From contig CALVJT010000038.1 in assembly GCA_944332315.1 (NCBI GenBank), positions 2,024 to 66,023 on the forward strand: a stretch of 64,000 nt of DNA. The letters run 5' to 3'. The translations under genes were made by a program, and so were the position numbers. This document shows, piece by piece, positions 39,443 through 49,653 of the stretch; within the stretch, counting starts at the first letter, position 1; each line of letters opens with the position of its first letter. The notes beneath the pieces are model-generated. The model searched no databases and was not told the origin of the DNA. It saw nothing but the letters and a program-made list of their open reading frames with translations. Source of the stretch: an uncultured Clostridia bacterium. GTDB taxonomy: Bacteria > Bacillota > Clostridia > Christensenellales > UBA1242.

Positions 39443-39595
39443 TTTTCTCCTTTGTAAATACTACATTATTGTACTACTTTTTGAAAGATTTGTAAACAAG
39501 TTATATGCACATGTTTGCATTTGTTAAATTATTTTATTAAAAATTTGCCAATTAATTTTTATAAAAAATAGTATATTGAGTGGGCTTATATTTAA

Positions 39596-39624
39596 TTGCA
39601 AAATTTTCCAATTTGTAGTATAAT
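39596..39624 (+). promoter_or_regulatory. Sigma-A promoter for the thioesterase gene
   Basis: TTGCAA (39596-39601), 17 nt spacer, TATAAT (39619-39624). Confidence 0.5.
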
Positions 39625-39646
39625 GAATGAGTCTATAGGTGAAATT

Positions 39647-40153
39647 ATGAAAGTATTAAAAAGACAGCGCAATAGCAAAAATTGTATTATTTGTGGGCTA
39701 GATAATGATGTATCTACAAAAGCCCCATTTTATGAGATGGAAAACGGTACAATTGCTACAATTTTTAAGTATCAATGGAAGCATCAAAGCTACCCGCAAA
39801 GGGTGCATGGTGGGCTAATAACCGCTATGTTAGATGAACTTATCGGCCGAGCTCTTTGGATTGTTGAGCCTAGTGTTTATGGCGTAACAACCACAATAAA
39901 TATAAAGTTTAGGAAGCCAGTACCTTATGATGAATTAATCTATGGAGTAGGCAAACTTACAAAAAATACTAAAATGTTTTTTGGCGGAATAGGCAAAATT
40001 TTTAATTCGCAAGGTGAGGTTTTAGCAGAAGCTGAGATAAACTATATCAAGCAAGCCACCTCTAAAATAGGTGACATTAAAGAGGAGGACGAGATGGTTT
40101 ACGATATAGATGATGGAGTTAAAGAGCTAGATATTGATAAGTTCCGAATTTAA
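39647..40153 (+). CDS. PaaI-type hotdog-fold thioesterase with an N-terminal Cys-containing segment
   Basis: RVHGGLITAMLDELIGRA is the typical PaaI/4HBT active-site helix. The start is set at 39647 (RBS AGGTGA) because the track start at 39596 lies inside the predicted promoter. Confidence 0.6.
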   Translation: MKVLKRQRNSKNCIICGLDNDVSTKAPFYEMENGTIATIFKYQWKHQSYPQRVHGGLITAMLDELIGRALWIVEPSVYGVTTTINIKFRKPVPYDELIYGVGKLTKNTKMFFGGIGKIFNSQGEVLAEAEINYIKQATSKIGDIKEEDEMVYDIDDGVKELDIDKFRI

Positions 40154-40271
40154 GTGGACTATTTTTATATTTTATTGTCAATAATTAAATTTGACAAGTT
40201 TAGCCATTAGTTAATTTTGTATAAAAATATGTATAAAATTGCATAACTATGCAATTTATGCGCTTAAATGA

Positions 40272-40300
40272 TTGACTTATTTAACAAAATCTATTATACT
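40272..40300 (+). promoter_or_regulatory. Sigma-A promoter for secDF
   Basis: TTGACT (40272-40277), 17 nt spacer, TATACT (40295-40300). Confidence 0.5.
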
Positions 40301-40332
40301 TTTATAAGCATTTTCTCGAAGGGAGAACATAA

Positions 40333-41628
40333 ATGACAAAGAAACGCGCGATTAAAAGTATTGTGTTTGTGGTACTACTACTTATAGTCGGCATACTGCT
40401 TGCTTTTTGCAAGATAGATATACCGTTCACGACCTCTACTTACAACGGTTTTATAAATTCAATTAAATTGGGACTTGATGTCAGTGGCGGTGTTACCGCT
40501 GTGTACGATGCTAGGCTTGCAGATGAAAATTCTGGAATAGATCTAGAAACAGCCATTGAGTCCACAAAAAATAGGCTAGAAAGCATACTTGCCGAACGCG
40601 GTTATACCGAGGCAACTATCACAACCCAACAGGGCAACAGAATTCGTGTAGAAGTGCCTGATGTGGAGGACCCTCAAGAGGTCTTTGACCTTATAGGTAA
40701 CCCTGCAATGCTTTCGTTTAAGACTACCGAGGACCCTAATGCCGAATCTGTAATTACTGCATCGGATATTAGCAATGTGGAATACGATATTCAAGATGGT
40801 GAGCATGGTGTTGTATTAGACTTTACATCGGAAGGTAGACAGAAATTTTCTGATTTGACCGAGGAATTATCTGCGTCTAATGGTAGCGTGTATGTTTATC
40901 TAGGTACTGAACTATTTACTACGCTGACTGTGCAAGAACATATCACAGATGGTTCGACATTTATTAGTGGTAATATGGATACGCGTACCGAAGCAGAGGA
41001 ATTTGCTTTGCGTATTATGAGTGGTACTTTTAGCGCCGAACTATCATTGTACGAAAGCTCGGTAGTTAGTGCAACGCTAGGTATGAATGCCATATCTACA
41101 GGCCTAATAGCGGCAATTGTGGGGCTTATACTCATATTCATTTTTATGGCTTTTATGTACCGCACATTTGGGCTTATGGCAGATATCGCATTGATGTTCT
41201 ATGTAATACTTGTGCTATTTTTCTTGCAAGCAATACCGCTCGTGCAGTTGACGCTACCAGGTATAGCAGGTATTATACTTAGCCTTGGTATGGCGGTGGA
41301 TGCAAACATAATTATCTTTGAAAGAATTAAAGATGAATATAAGCGCGGTAAAAGAATTCCTGCAAGTGTAAAGGGTGGATTTAAGCGTGCAACGGCAGCT
41401 ATTTTGGACTCTAACATTACAACATTGATGGTCTGCGTAGTATTGTATTTGCTAGGAACTGGTGCTATAAAAGGTTTTGCTATAACACTGTTTATAGGTA
41501 TCGTGGTATCTATGTTTACGGCAATTTTTGTAACGCGTTGGTTGATAAACATTTGCCTTGCATTTAACAGCACTAAGGAAACGCACTATAATTTGTATAG
41601 AGAGGAGGGAGTAAATGAAGTCGCTTAG
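40333..41628 (+). CDS. secD: Protein translocase subunit SecD
   Basis: An N-terminal TM helix is followed by a periplasmic-type domain (LGLDVSGGV) and a C-terminal 5-TM block (LPGIAGIILSLGMAVDANIIIFERIKDE). Confidence 0.92.
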   Translation: MTKKRAIKSIVFVVLLLIVGILLAFCKIDIPFTTSTYNGFINSIKLGLDVSGGVTAVYDARLADENSGIDLETAIESTKNRLESILAERGYTEATITTQQGNRIRVEVPDVEDPQEVFDLIGNPAMLSFKTTEDPNAESVITASDISNVEYDIQDGEHGVVLDFTSEGRQKFSDLTEELSASNGSVYVYLGTELFTTLTVQEHITDGSTFISGNMDTRTEAEEFALRIMSGTFSAELSLYESSVVSATLGMNAISTGLIAAIVGLILIFIFMAFMYRTFGLMADIALMFYVILVLFFLQAIPLVQLTLPGIAGIILSLGMAVDANIIIFERIKDEYKRGKRIPASVKGGFKRATAAILDSNITTLMVCVVLYLLGTGAIKGFAITLFIGIVVSMFTAIFVTRWLINICLAFNSTKETHYNLYREEGVNEVA

Positions 41629-42688
41629 ATTTTTTGATAAAGTAGAACACACTAAATTTGACTTTGTTAAGCACGCTTGGAAATTTGCTCTAGTATCTCT
41701 TACAATATTTGCAGTAGGTATTATAGTGTGGATAGCCTGTGGGCTAAACTTAGGTCTAGATTTTACAGGGGGTTCGATTGTTAAGGTCCAAATAGGTGCG
41801 CAACTTGACGAAAGTGGCGCATACAATGAATACTCTCAAGAAATTGAGGATGTGTTTAATGAGTATGGAATTACAATTTCGCAAATGCAAAAAGAGGATA
41901 GCGGAGAACAGGCTGCTATATCTGTCCGCTTCCAAGACCTTGATGGATATAGCGCTGAACAAATGAGCGAACTTGTGACTGGCGAAATAACAACCGCACT
42001 TACACAAGCACTTAACCCTGATGGAACAAATATGAGTTTTCAAGTGCAGGAAAGCCAAAGAATAGGTGCAACTGCAAGTTCAAACTTATTGAGTTCTGCA
42101 ATTCTTGCAATATTGATATCAGCAGTGCTAATTCTAATTTATATAGCAATTAGATTTGAACTTTTAAGTGGTTTAGCAACACTTGTTACGATTGTGCACG
42201 ATGTTTTAATTGTGTTTGCGTTAGTTGCTATTTGTAGGATAGAAATTAACAGCACATTTGTAGCCGCCATTATAACTGTAATTGGTTATTCAATTAACAA
42301 CACGATTATTATATTTGATAGAGTGCGTGAAAATATGAATAACGAAAAAGTAGCTGCAAATGGGGCTAATTATGTAGTGCAAGTATCTGTAAGACAAACA
42401 TTAATTCGTTCGCTTTATACAACATTTACAACATTGCTTGCCATTGCGTTGCTTGCAATAATAGGCGTTTCGAGCATTCAAATATTCTTGATGCCAATTA
42501 TATTTGGATTGATTGCCGGCGCGTACTCATCAATATTTTTGGCGCCAGCGCTGTGGGCAGTTATGTTAAAAAACTATACCGATAGAATGAAATTAAAAGG
42601 AAAGCCTGTTAAACTATCAATTCTTAACAGAAAAAAGAAAGAGGATAAAAAGAGTGCTGATGTAGTTGAAACTACAGTTGCTCAATAA
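41615..42688 (+). CDS. secF: Protein translocase subunit SecF
   Basis: It overlaps the secD end by 14 nt. LGLDFTGGS, the TM block and GYSINNTIIIFDRVREN are SecF signatures. Confidence 0.92.
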   Translation: MKSLRFFDKVEHTKFDFVKHAWKFALVSLTIFAVGIIVWIACGLNLGLDFTGGSIVKVQIGAQLDESGAYNEYSQEIEDVFNEYGITISQMQKEDSGEQAAISVRFQDLDGYSAEQMSELVTGEITTALTQALNPDGTNMSFQVQESQRIGATASSNLLSSAILAILISAVLILIYIAIRFELLSGLATLVTIVHDVLIVFALVAICRIEINSTFVAAIITVIGYSINNTIIIFDRVRENMNNEKVAANGANYVVQVSVRQTLIRSLYTTFTTLLAIALLAIIGVSSIQIFLMPIIFGLIAGAYSSIFLAPALWAVMLKNYTDRMKLKGKPVKLSILNRKKKEDKKSADVVETTVAQ

Positions 42689-42690
42689 TT

Positions 42691-42714
42691 AAAGGCATAC
42701 TTAGGTATGCCTTT
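42691..42714 (+). terminator. Hairpin after secF
   Basis: AAAGGCATAC (42691-42700) pairs with GTATGCCTTT (42705-42714) around loop TTAG. The T-tract is weak. Confidence 0.45.
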
Positions 42715-42886
42715 GTTAGTATGTGGCAACAGAGCATAAATGTACTGCGTGCTTGCCATATGCAACCTATTTGTTTAATTAGCATAAAATTATAAATGTT
42801 TAGGGTAATTAGCAATTTATATAGTTTATGTATCAGTGCTTAAATAATTGCATATAAATTTATTTTGCAATTAAAAGGAGTTATTT

Positions 42887-43549
42887 ATGATAAAAAAAGA
42901 GTTGAATACATTGTTGTTTGTATTTTGCGTGCTAGCAATTGTGCTAGGAGTGTTGTGTGTAGTTTTTGCCGAAGCTTTTGCAACAGCAATACCTTATGTG
43001 GTGGGTGCATTGGTAATTATAGATGGAATATATACTCTTATAAACTACTTTTTGCGCAAAGATATTGCTTTACCTAATAATTTTGCGTTGGCACAAGGTT
43101 TAATAAACATAGTGCTGGGTATTTTGATATTATTATCTACCGAATTCTTTTCTATGGCATTTGGAATTATAGTAGCAATATGCCTGCTAGTATATGGTTT
43201 ATTTCAATTAAATTTATGCATAAATCTTAAAAAACTAAACAAATCATATATTTGGGATATTGTAGAGGCGATTTTATTAATTGTGTTTGCAATTTTGCTT
43301 TTGGTATTCTCTAATTCTGCAATGGAAATTATAATGATTGTTATAGGCTCTGGTATGATTATAGTAGGGCTATATGTGGCAATAAAAACTATAATATTAA
43401 ATAAACAACTAAATAATTTATTTGGCAATAAGGATACCTCTGGTGATAATACAGATGGTGAAATAATTGTGGAAACCACCATTGCAAAAGAAACTGAGGA
43501 TGACGCTGCAACTAGCAACAAAAATGATAACGAAAACAAGCAAAAGTAA
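42887..43549 (+). CDS. Multi-pass membrane protein, HdeD/DUF308-like
   Basis: Six hydrophobic helices occur in paired repeats (for example GALVIIDGIYTLINYF), followed by an acidic C-terminal tail. Confidence 0.45.
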   Translation: MIKKELNTLLFVFCVLAIVLGVLCVVFAEAFATAIPYVVGALVIIDGIYTLINYFLRKDIALPNNFALAQGLINIVLGILILLSTEFFSMAFGIIVAICLLVYGLFQLNLCINLKKLNKSYIWDIVEAILLIVFAILLLVFSNSAMEIIMIVIGSGMIIVGLYVAIKTIILNKQLNNLFGNKDTSGDNTDGEIIVETTIAKETEDDAATSNKNDNENKQK

Positions 43550-43570
43550 GTTACTCTTGCTTGTTTTTTT
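43535..43570 (+). terminator. Intrinsic terminator overlapping the stop codon
   Basis: AAACAAGCAA (43535-43544) pairs with TTGCTTGTTT (43557-43566), with the T-run extending to 43570. Confidence 0.55.
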
Positions 43571-44061
43571 GTAGTACATATCAATTTTGGTGGAATTATA
43601 AGAATTCTTTGCAAAATTGTGGCTAGTAAAAAAATAATATTATAAAATTATAATAGAGGTAATTAGGTAGATTATCGTTTTCAAACGATATGTGCACATA
43701 TTTTGGAATGTACATATACTGGTATTAATATTTGTACATAACTACATATTATCAAATATACATATGAGATAAATCATTTTATAATATTTGTAAAAATATA
43801 AATGCAGGAAAGTAAAGACAAGCTTTTGATAAACAATGAATGTTAATTAATTTTGTACAATATTGTTTTACTAGAACTATAAACGATATAAATTAATAGT
43901 AATTTTTTTGAGTACATAATATTTATTTAATAAAAAACAATACATATTAATATATTGTTTATAAAGTATTATTCAGTTAAAATGGGAATAAATTATGCAA
44001 CTATATTTTATTTGTAAGCATATTATTTTATAAGTATTAGCCCCAAAACTGGGTTTGGCTT

Positions 44062-45525
44062 TTAATCTTTGAATAGGACAGACTTTCTTTCGAGCATTTC
44101 ATCTATCCTATTTATGTAGGATATTATATCTTTGACATTAGCAGCACGCTCTATTCTGTTTTCGCTAGCAAAAAGCCTTTTTGAAATAGCGTTAGCTCCG
44201 CAAGCTATTATGCTCGAAAAATCCTCCATAGAATTTATGTTAAAATGGCATTGTGTATTGGGTTTACAGTACCCAATGTTTTCAAGGTTACTAACCATAT
44301 TTTTTTGTCTATAAAGGTAGTACGGAGTATAGTTTGCCATTGTAAGTTTATGTTCGGCAAAATCAACATTTTGTGCTACTTTATCGGAATTATCGGTTAC
44401 ATTAAATACGCCTTGCTGAGTGAGGGGAGATTTAGTCTTAAAAGATAGTGTATGGACTGTTATATTTTCTGGTTGTAACGCAATGGCTTTTTCAAGCGAA
44501 AGCGGAAAAAGATTTTCATCGTAGGGCAGTCCAACAATCAAGTCCATATTTATAATGAATGGATAATTTCTAGCCAATTCATAGGCGCTTATAACTTGCT
44601 TTGCTGTATGTGCTCTACCTATTGCTTTTAGGGCTTGTTCATTAAATGTTTGTGGATTTATGCTTATGCGGTTAACTTTATAATTATTTAGAACTTCTAA
44701 TTTATCTTTTGTAATTGTATCAGGTCTACCAGCCTCTACGGTAAATTCGTTTGCAGTTGCAAAGTGCAATTCATTTAAAATTTTATCAAGTTGTGTGGCG
44801 GATAGTGAAGTAGGGGTACCTCCACCAATGTAAATATTTTTTACTGTGTACTTTTTGGCTTTAATTAAAGATTTAGCAAATTTTATTTCCTCAATAAGAG
44901 TATCAATGTAAGGGTCAACCAGTTCTTTTACTTTGTCAATTTCGCTAGAAAGAAATGTGCAGTAGGAGCACCTTGTTGTGCAGAATGGAATATGTACATA
45001 AAAATCTACAAAATTATCGTCAATATTTATTGGCAGTTGATTTTTTATTATATCAACCAAAAGCTGTGCTTTGTTTGGCTGTAAAAAATAATCATTTACC
45101 AAAGAGTTTTTTGTTTCGATTAAATCATTACATTGATTGTAGTAATCGAGTGCCATTTTAGTAGGACGAACACCCGTAAGGGCGCCCCACGGCATTTTTA
45201 CATTAAAAAATTCTGATAGCGCCGAGTAAATAGCAAGTTTGCAAGTGCGCTTTATGTATTTATCTGTTTTTATAGGTAGTATATCCTGCCTACAAAAAGT
45301 AGATTGTCTAATTTTCTTTTTTACTTTATTTTCATTTTCAACAAACTCACAAATAGTTACAAAATTTGTATAAGTATCGTCCTCAACCTCTAAATAGTGC
45401 ACAAGTTCGTACTTATCAAATGCATCTAAATCGTTTGCAATTTTAATTTCCTCGTTAGGAATAAAAGGATGTATTTGCTGAAAAAAATCGTAAAAATATT
45501 CCTCTTTATTAGTTATAATTCTCAT
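44062..45525 (-). CDS. Radical SAM protein of the HemN/HemZ (oxygen-independent coproporphyrinogen oxidase-like) family
   Basis: It has the CxxxCxxC motif (HIPFCTTRCSYCTF), GGGTPT and a HemN-like C-terminal domain. At 487 aa with a long N-terminal extension, it resembles HemZ-type proteins. Confidence 0.7.
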   Translation of the reverse strand: MRIITNKEEYFYDFFQQIHPFIPNEEIKIANDLDAFDKYELVHYLEVEDDTYTNFVTICEFVENENKVKKKIRQSTFCRQDILPIKTDKYIKRTCKLAIYSALSEFFNVKMPWGALTGVRPTKMALDYYNQCNDLIETKNSLVNDYFLQPNKAQLLVDIIKNQLPINIDDNFVDFYVHIPFCTTRCSYCTFLSSEIDKVKELVDPYIDTLIEEIKFAKSLIKAKKYTVKNIYIGGGTPTSLSATQLDKILNELHFATANEFTVEAGRPDTITKDKLEVLNNYKVNRISINPQTFNEQALKAIGRAHTAKQVISAYELARNYPFIINMDLIVGLPYDENLFPLSLEKAIALQPENITVHTLSFKTKSPLTQQGVFNVTDNSDKVAQNVDFAEHKLTMANYTPYYLYRQKNMVSNLENIGYCKPNTQCHFNINSMEDFSSIIACGANAISKRLFASENRIERAANVKDIISYINRIDEMLERKSVLFKD

Positions 45526-45529
45526 AATA

Positions 45530-47938
45530 TTACCTATTTATCTCAAGTATATTTTTTTCTTGAATTTTGCGCAAGTTTGTGTAGGTATGCGAATTTTCAA
45601 GATTTGTATGTACATTTTTGTTTTCCTTTATGCACAAGTGTAAATCTTTGAAACTATAATTAAGTACACCAATTTCATTAAATATCTTTATGCAAAATAT
45701 CATTTGCATTAAATTACTATTTGGAACATTTTGTTTTACTTTTTCAAATAGTTCATTTATGCCATTTAATTGTGGGCTTTTTTCGATAGCCTTACAAATG
45801 CCTTTGTAGTAAATACCGCAAATAGCGCGCTCAAAACTCAAGTTGTGTGCAAAAATATCTAAATTAACTTCATTTTGAGGCACAAATATTTTGGCCTTGC
45901 TTTGATTTTTTATGGTAGCAATATAACTTTCGTTTATAATCGGGTCAAGAAATATAATATTATTAAAATTGCGGAAATTGTTTTTTAATGTTGGGTTTAA
46001 TACAAAAGCATTGTGCCCTTTATCCTCAAAAATTGTTTTATAATTATAGGATGAAACTTTTTTAGCAATGATTGGGTGGGAGCAAAATTTATTGTAGGTA
46101 TCAAGTGTGTTTACAACAAACAAAGTTCCAAAAACATCATCAAAGTTTTGCAAAACATCATATAAGTCATTTTCATTGTACCTAATAACATCATTCATAT
46201 TGCTTGTTGATGTATTACAAAGAATTTCTGAAAAGTAATCAGCTAAAACTTTATTTTTATCTGCTACCAGTTTTTTATCTGCAATAACTTGTTTTAGAAA
46301 CATTTTGCTAGATTCGTGCCCATGATAAACATCCAATTGCAATTCAACTATTGCCTCTTTTGTGTTTATGCTGTTCATTAAATCCTTATATTTTCCAAAA
46401 TTAAAGCCAACGGCACTGATATTGTTTAAGTTCATAGTCAAGTGGTTAGGGTACTGTTTCATAAGCGTAGCATTGGCGCGGGCAAACTTGATGCTAAATC
46501 TAGGGCGCGGATTTTCGTTGCCAATTGGTTCTAGAACATCTAGTTGTTTTACAAAATCTTTGGTAATTTTATTTACATCTAAATCCATATCGTAAGTTTT
46601 TTGAGGGATAAAGGTTTCGTTAGAAAAATCTTGTTGTAGAATAGTTTCCATATTTTTCTTAAACTGCTCAAAATTTTCCACCTTTAACTTTAGACCAGCC
46701 GCCATAGTATGTCCGCCAAAAGATTCGAGTATATCCTGCGTCTTTTTAAGGCAACTGTGTATGTTTACTCCTTCAATGCTCCTGCCAGAACCCGTAAGCA
46801 AGCCATCCACATCAGAGAACAAAAATGTAGGGCGATAGTATTCCTCGCAAAGGCGAGCGGCAACAATCCCAAGAATACCGCTATCCCAAGTATCACTATA
46901 AAGGCAAATGACGCGTTGATTTATAAGAGCCGAACTTTCTAATATTTTTTTACAATCATCATAAACGGTATTGCACAACTCTTGTCTTTGAGAGTTCATT
47001 TCTAAAATTGTGCTAATTAGTTCATCAATTTTGGCATCGTCCTCCGTCATATAGAGTTCAAACGATTTATCCGCATCCCCAAGCCTACCTGATGCGTTTA
47101 ATTTGGGCGCCAATTTGTAGGAAATATCTGTGGCTTGTGGATGCTTTATATCTAATTTACTTAGTAACCTTAATATGCCTTTGGGCGCATTTTTCATATC
47201 TTTTAAGCCGAGTGTGACCATTGCACGATTTTCATCTTGAAGTGGAACAATATCTGCAATGGTGGCTATGGCAACTATCGGTAAATATTTTTTTGCGTAG
47301 TCTATGCCTTCCAAAGCCTGTACTAACTTAAACGCCATACCCGTACCGCATATTTCGTGGAAAGGATATGCTTGATTTGGCAGTTTAGCATTTAGGGTCA
47401 AACAGTTAGGCAAAACATCCGGTATATCGTGGTGATCAGTTACAACCACATCAATGCCAAGCGACTTTGCATACTCTACCTCTTGATAGCAAGATATTCC
47501 GCAATCTACTGTTATAATTAAATCGGGGGCATATGTGTTTTTTATTTTATCTATTGCTTCGCAACTCAGTCCATATCCATCAATGTACCTGTTGGGCATA
47601 AAATGTTCAGCATTAACGCCTTTGTCATTAAAGTATTTAATCAAAATGGCAGTTGCGCTGACCCCGTCTACATCGTAATCTCCAAAAACAAGAATTTTTT
47701 TGTTTTCGTCAATCGCACAGCGCACTTTTTCTACAACTTTATCCATATCCGATAACAAGAATGGGTCGTGTAAGTCATTAAAAGTGGGGTGCAAATATTG
47801 TGCTATCTTTTTTTCGCTATCAATGTTGCGCATAAAAAGCAATTCTATAATTTCTGGATAAAGATGAAACTTTTTACTAATATTATCTATTGTAGATTTA
47901 TCAAAAGCATTGTTGCTTTTTCTTTTAATTAATTTCAT
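45530..47938 (-). CDS. recJ: Single-stranded-DNA-specific exonuclease RecJ
   Basis: It carries the DHH family motifs DYDVDGVSA, DCGIS and VVTDHHD, plus DHHA1 (GGHTMAAG). It is 802 aa with a long C-terminal extension. Confidence 0.9.
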   Translation of the reverse strand: MKLIKRKSNNAFDKSTIDNISKKFHLYPEIIELLFMRNIDSEKKIAQYLHPTFNDLHDPFLLSDMDKVVEKVRCAIDENKKILVFGDYDVDGVSATAILIKYFNDKGVNAEHFMPNRYIDGYGLSCEAIDKIKNTYAPDLIITVDCGISCYQEVEYAKSLGIDVVVTDHHDIPDVLPNCLTLNAKLPNQAYPFHEICGTGMAFKLVQALEGIDYAKKYLPIVAIATIADIVPLQDENRAMVTLGLKDMKNAPKGILRLLSKLDIKHPQATDISYKLAPKLNASGRLGDADKSFELYMTEDDAKIDELISTILEMNSQRQELCNTVYDDCKKILESSALINQRVICLYSDTWDSGILGIVAARLCEEYYRPTFLFSDVDGLLTGSGRSIEGVNIHSCLKKTQDILESFGGHTMAAGLKLKVENFEQFKKNMETILQQDFSNETFIPQKTYDMDLDVNKITKDFVKQLDVLEPIGNENPRPRFSIKFARANATLMKQYPNHLTMNLNNISAVGFNFGKYKDLMNSINTKEAIVELQLDVYHGHESSKMFLKQVIADKKLVADKNKVLADYFSEILCNTSTSNMNDVIRYNENDLYDVLQNFDDVFGTLFVVNTLDTYNKFCSHPIIAKKVSSYNYKTIFEDKGHNAFVLNPTLKNNFRNFNNIIFLDPIINESYIATIKNQSKAKIFVPQNEVNLDIFAHNLSFERAICGIYYKGICKAIEKSPQLNGINELFEKVKQNVPNSNLMQMIFCIKIFNEIGVLNYSFKDLHLCIKENKNVHTNLENSHTYTNLRKIQEKNILEINR

Positions 47939-48369
47939 AAAAACTCCTACCGAGAACTATCACTAAAAGGATTTGCCACTAAGCAAACCAAAATGGATAT
48001 AATTTTACAAAATTATGTAACAAAAATAATTCTCTTTTACTTAATTTATTTTATTATAACAAATATCAAAACTATTTGCAAGTATTTTTTTGATTTGACA
48101 AAAATTGCAAAAATCTATTTTTTATAGGTCAAATATTGTTATAATTAATTCTAAAAAATAGCGTGGAACTTATTTGTTATTTTGCAATTAAATGATTTAG
48201 TTTATTGGTAGGCATAGCAACTGCATCTTTGCCTTAATTATATAGTAAAAATACTTTGTAATAAAACCTAATAGATAAAACAGGTTAATTACAAAAATTG
48301 GTACAAACTTTTTTATAAAAAAATAATAATTTATTAAAAAATAAACAAAATAATACAAAGGAGCAAGCA

Positions 48370-49563
48370 TTGAAATTAATAAAGATATTAATGGGCGCGT
48401 TTGTCTGTTTTTTTATGGGCATTGTGGCGTTGATTCCTATAATTATAAATGATTCGCTCCCAAACACAATGATTGTAAATGATAGCATAGCGCGGTTAGA
48501 AAAAGATGGAATTGTCAGTACCAAATATTTTCCTGATACTACCACCACCACAACTACATCTAATTTCTCTCGTGGGGTACTAAAAGTAAAGTATTTGGGT
48601 ATTACAATAAAAAGCATAGATATTTATAAAGTTGAAAATGACGAAATTTACGCGTGCGGTAAAACCATAGGGGTAGCATTGCAATCTAAAGGCGTTGTTG
48701 TGATAGGACAAAATCCTATTATAACCGAACAGGGCAAGGTTTTGAATTGTAGCAACATAAATGTTGGCGATATTTTGTGCGAAATTGAAGGTGAATATAT
48801 TGAAAACGCCGATAGCATAATTCGCATACTAAACGAATCGCAATATCGCGGTAAAGAACTAGTAGCAAAGTGTAAACGAAATGGCGAGGTTTACTACACA
48901 ACAATAAAACCCAAACTTGATAAAGAAAGCGGAGATTATAAACTTGGCTTGTGGGTGCGCGATGATGCTAGCGGAATAGGCACAATGACCTATGTAAAAT
49001 CGGATACACTAGAATTTGGTGCTTTGGGGCATCCTATAAGTGATATGGATACGGGGGCAATTCTTGATGTCTTTGACGGGCAAATTTATAAATGCTCTGT
49101 GCTATCTATTGTAAAAGGTACGCGCGGTAGAGCAGGCGAAATGAAGGGAATTTTTGTGCAATCGCAAAACGCGCTAGGTAAGGTGCAAAAAAACACTAAC
49201 TTTGGCATATTTGGCACTGTAAATAGCGATGTTTTGCAGTATTGCAAAAAAGTAAAAATTGGGGGCAGACAAACAGTAAAAGCGGGCAAGGCAACAATCT
49301 TGTGTAGTTTAGACGGCAAAAATGTTGAGGAATTTGATATTGAAATTATCAAAACAAGTTTTAAGGGCAAAAAATCTAATAAATCACTTGTTTTTAAGGT
49401 TACCGATAAAGACCTTATAGAGCGCACAGGGGGCATTGTGCAAGGAATGAGCGGTAGCCCCATAATTCAAAACGGCAGACTGATTGGTGCAGTTACACAT
49501 GTGTTTTTGAATGATTCAACTAAAGGCTTTGGAGTTTATCTGGATTTGATGCTCGAAAATTGA
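48370..49563 (+). CDS. spoIVB: SpoIVB peptidase (S55 signalling serine protease of sporulation)
   Basis: It has a TTG start behind AAGGAG, an N-terminal TM helix, a PDZ-like region, GIGTMTYV, GALGHPISD and the catalytic GMSGSPIIQNGRLIGAVTHVF. Confidence 0.88.
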   Translation: MKLIKILMGAFVCFFMGIVALIPIIINDSLPNTMIVNDSIARLEKDGIVSTKYFPDTTTTTTTSNFSRGVLKVKYLGITIKSIDIYKVENDEIYACGKTIGVALQSKGVVVIGQNPIITEQGKVLNCSNINVGDILCEIEGEYIENADSIIRILNESQYRGKELVAKCKRNGEVYYTTIKPKLDKESGDYKLGLWVRDDASGIGTMTYVKSDTLEFGALGHPISDMDTGAILDVFDGQIYKCSVLSIVKGTRGRAGEMKGIFVQSQNALGKVQKNTNFGIFGTVNSDVLQYCKKVKIGGRQTVKAGKATILCSLDGKNVEEFDIEIIKTSFKGKKSNKSLVFKVTDKDLIERTGGIVQGMSGSPIIQNGRLIGAVTHVFLNDSTKGFGVYLDLMLEN

Positions 49564-49653
49564 TGATTAATTTGCCAATGTCTTTTGAAATTAAGTTTAC
49601 ATTATAAGTTAAATATTAAACAAAAATTTTATTGTAAATAGGCAAAAAGGGAT

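Noticed and set aside
39596-39646. The longer 185-aa start for the thioesterase ORF.
   Set aside because: The first 17 codons overlap a good TTGCAA-17-TATAAT promoter. The Met at 39647 has an AGGTGA RBS, so the shorter form is preferred.
42865-43077. A 70-aa ORF in an alternative frame overlaps the start of the DUF308-like gene.
   Set aside because: It overlaps the longer, TM-helix-coherent ORF at 42887-43549 on the same strand. Its Cys-rich odd composition is typical of an off-frame read.
48285-48617. A 110-aa minus-strand ORF overlaps the spoIVB start.
   Set aside because: It overlaps the well-supported spoIVB 5' end. Its low-complexity translation (including a VVVVVV run) derives from the antisense of spoIVB, and it has no RBS.
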